From NCBI RefSeq assembly GCF_000012905.2, contig NC_007493.2, forward strand, positions 1,260,001 to 1,292,000: DNA of 32,000 nucleotides, in the 5' to 3' direction. Origin of the DNA: Cereibacter sphaeroides 2.4.1 (lineage in GTDB: Bacteria > Pseudomonadota > Alphaproteobacteria > Rhodobacterales > Rhodobacteraceae). A program made the position numbers and the translations under genes. The notes under the pieces were generated by a model that was not told the origin of the DNA, did no database searches, and was given only the letters and a program-made list of their open reading frames with translations. Numbering within the stretch: position 1 is the stretch's first letter; every line of letters begins with the position of its first letter. Positions 31,452 through 32,000 of this stretch are shown here, one piece after another.

Positions 31452-31990
31452 GGGTCGTCCTCGACGCCTGTGTGCTGTTCCCGACCGTGCTGCGCGAGAT
31501 CCTTCTGGGTTGCGCGGCGCGAGGGCTCTTCGTGCCGCTCTGGTCCGAGCGGATCCTCGAGGAGTGGGCGCGCGCCACCCGCCGCCTCGGGCCGCTGGCC
31601 GAGGTGCAGGCCCGGGGCGACGGTGCCACGATCCGCGCGGCCTTCCCCTCGGCCATGATCCCGCCCCAACCGGGGCTCGAGGCGCGGCTGCATCTGCCCG
31701 ACGAGGCCGACATCCATGTGCTGGCGGTGGCCATCGCCGGCCATGCCGATGCGATCCTGACCTTCAACGCGGCCGACTTTCCGCGCGGCACGCTCAGCGC
31801 CGAAGGGCTGGCCCGGCGCGATCCAGACGGCTTCCTGTGGGAGCTCTGGTCCTTCCACCCCGAGGCGGTGGCCGCGGCGGTGGAAGAGGTGCGCGCCCGC
31901 GCCGAGGCGATCTCGGGCGCGCCGGTTGCGCTGAAGGGGCTTCTGAAGCGCGTGCGGCTGCCGAAGCTCGCCAAGGCCCTGCAGGCCTGA
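31448..31990 (+). CDS. PIN-domain protein (putative toxin-type ribonuclease, PIN_3-like)
   Basis: GTG 31448 overlaps the rlmI stop (GTGA). It has N-terminal VVLDACVLFP and later DEADIHVLAVAIAGHADAILTFNAADF, which carry the conserved acidic residues of PIN domains. Length is 180 aa. Confidence 0.8.
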   Translation: MRVVLDACVLFPTVLREILLGCAARGLFVPLWSERILEEWARATRRLGPLAEVQARGDGATIRAAFPSAMIPPQPGLEARLHLPDEADIHVLAVAIAGHADAILTFNAADFPRGTLSAEGLARRDPDGFLWELWSFHPEAVAAAVEEVRARAEAISGAPVALKGLLKRVRLPKLAKALQA

Positions 31991-32000
31991 CATTTCCACA

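Overview
This is a very GC-rich chromosomal segment. From the proteins I judge it alphaproteobacterial, Rhodobacterales, closest in style to Rhodobacter/Cereibacter sphaeroides; that assignment is recognition, not a search result. It is tightly packed with housekeeping genes on both strands. In order: ctrA (3' end), ligA, recG, a NifU/IscU-like scaffold, hisI, gluQ, trmFO, gyrA, usg, arginase, ccmF-ccmH, an enoyl-CoA hydratase, ilvI-ilvH (acetolactate synthase), a CaCA antiporter, bpt/ate, an RDD protein, a DUF2852 protein, a YbaK-type deacylase, glnE plus a coupled small ORF, edd-eda, a small ORF, an rlmI-like methyltransferase and a PIN-domain gene. I see no rRNA, tRNA, CRISPR array, transposase or integrase, and no obvious multi-gene accessory or defence island. 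The points worth a second look are small-scale. (1) A LexA-type GTTC-N7-GTTC box overlaps a promoter that drives an unannotated 40-aa membrane peptide with its own terminator. (2) A Val/Leu-rich leader peptide plus terminator lies upstream of ilvI and looks like an attenuator. (3) A ~45-bp tandem repeat array sits between bpt and the antiporter. (4) A 37-bp inverted-repeat, MITE-like element lies in the edd-eda spacer, with a solo copy in the ilvI-ilvH spacer. (5) Two 19-bp ATGTGAA-N5-TTCACAT palindromes lie upstream of the DUF2852 gene. (6) Two metabolic genes, edd and the enoyl-CoA hydratase, are interrupted by frameshifts inside simple-sequence tracts. (7) The PIN-domain gene is translationally coupled to rlmI. 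Most long ORFs in the supplied track are antisense shadow ORFs typical of high-GC DNA.
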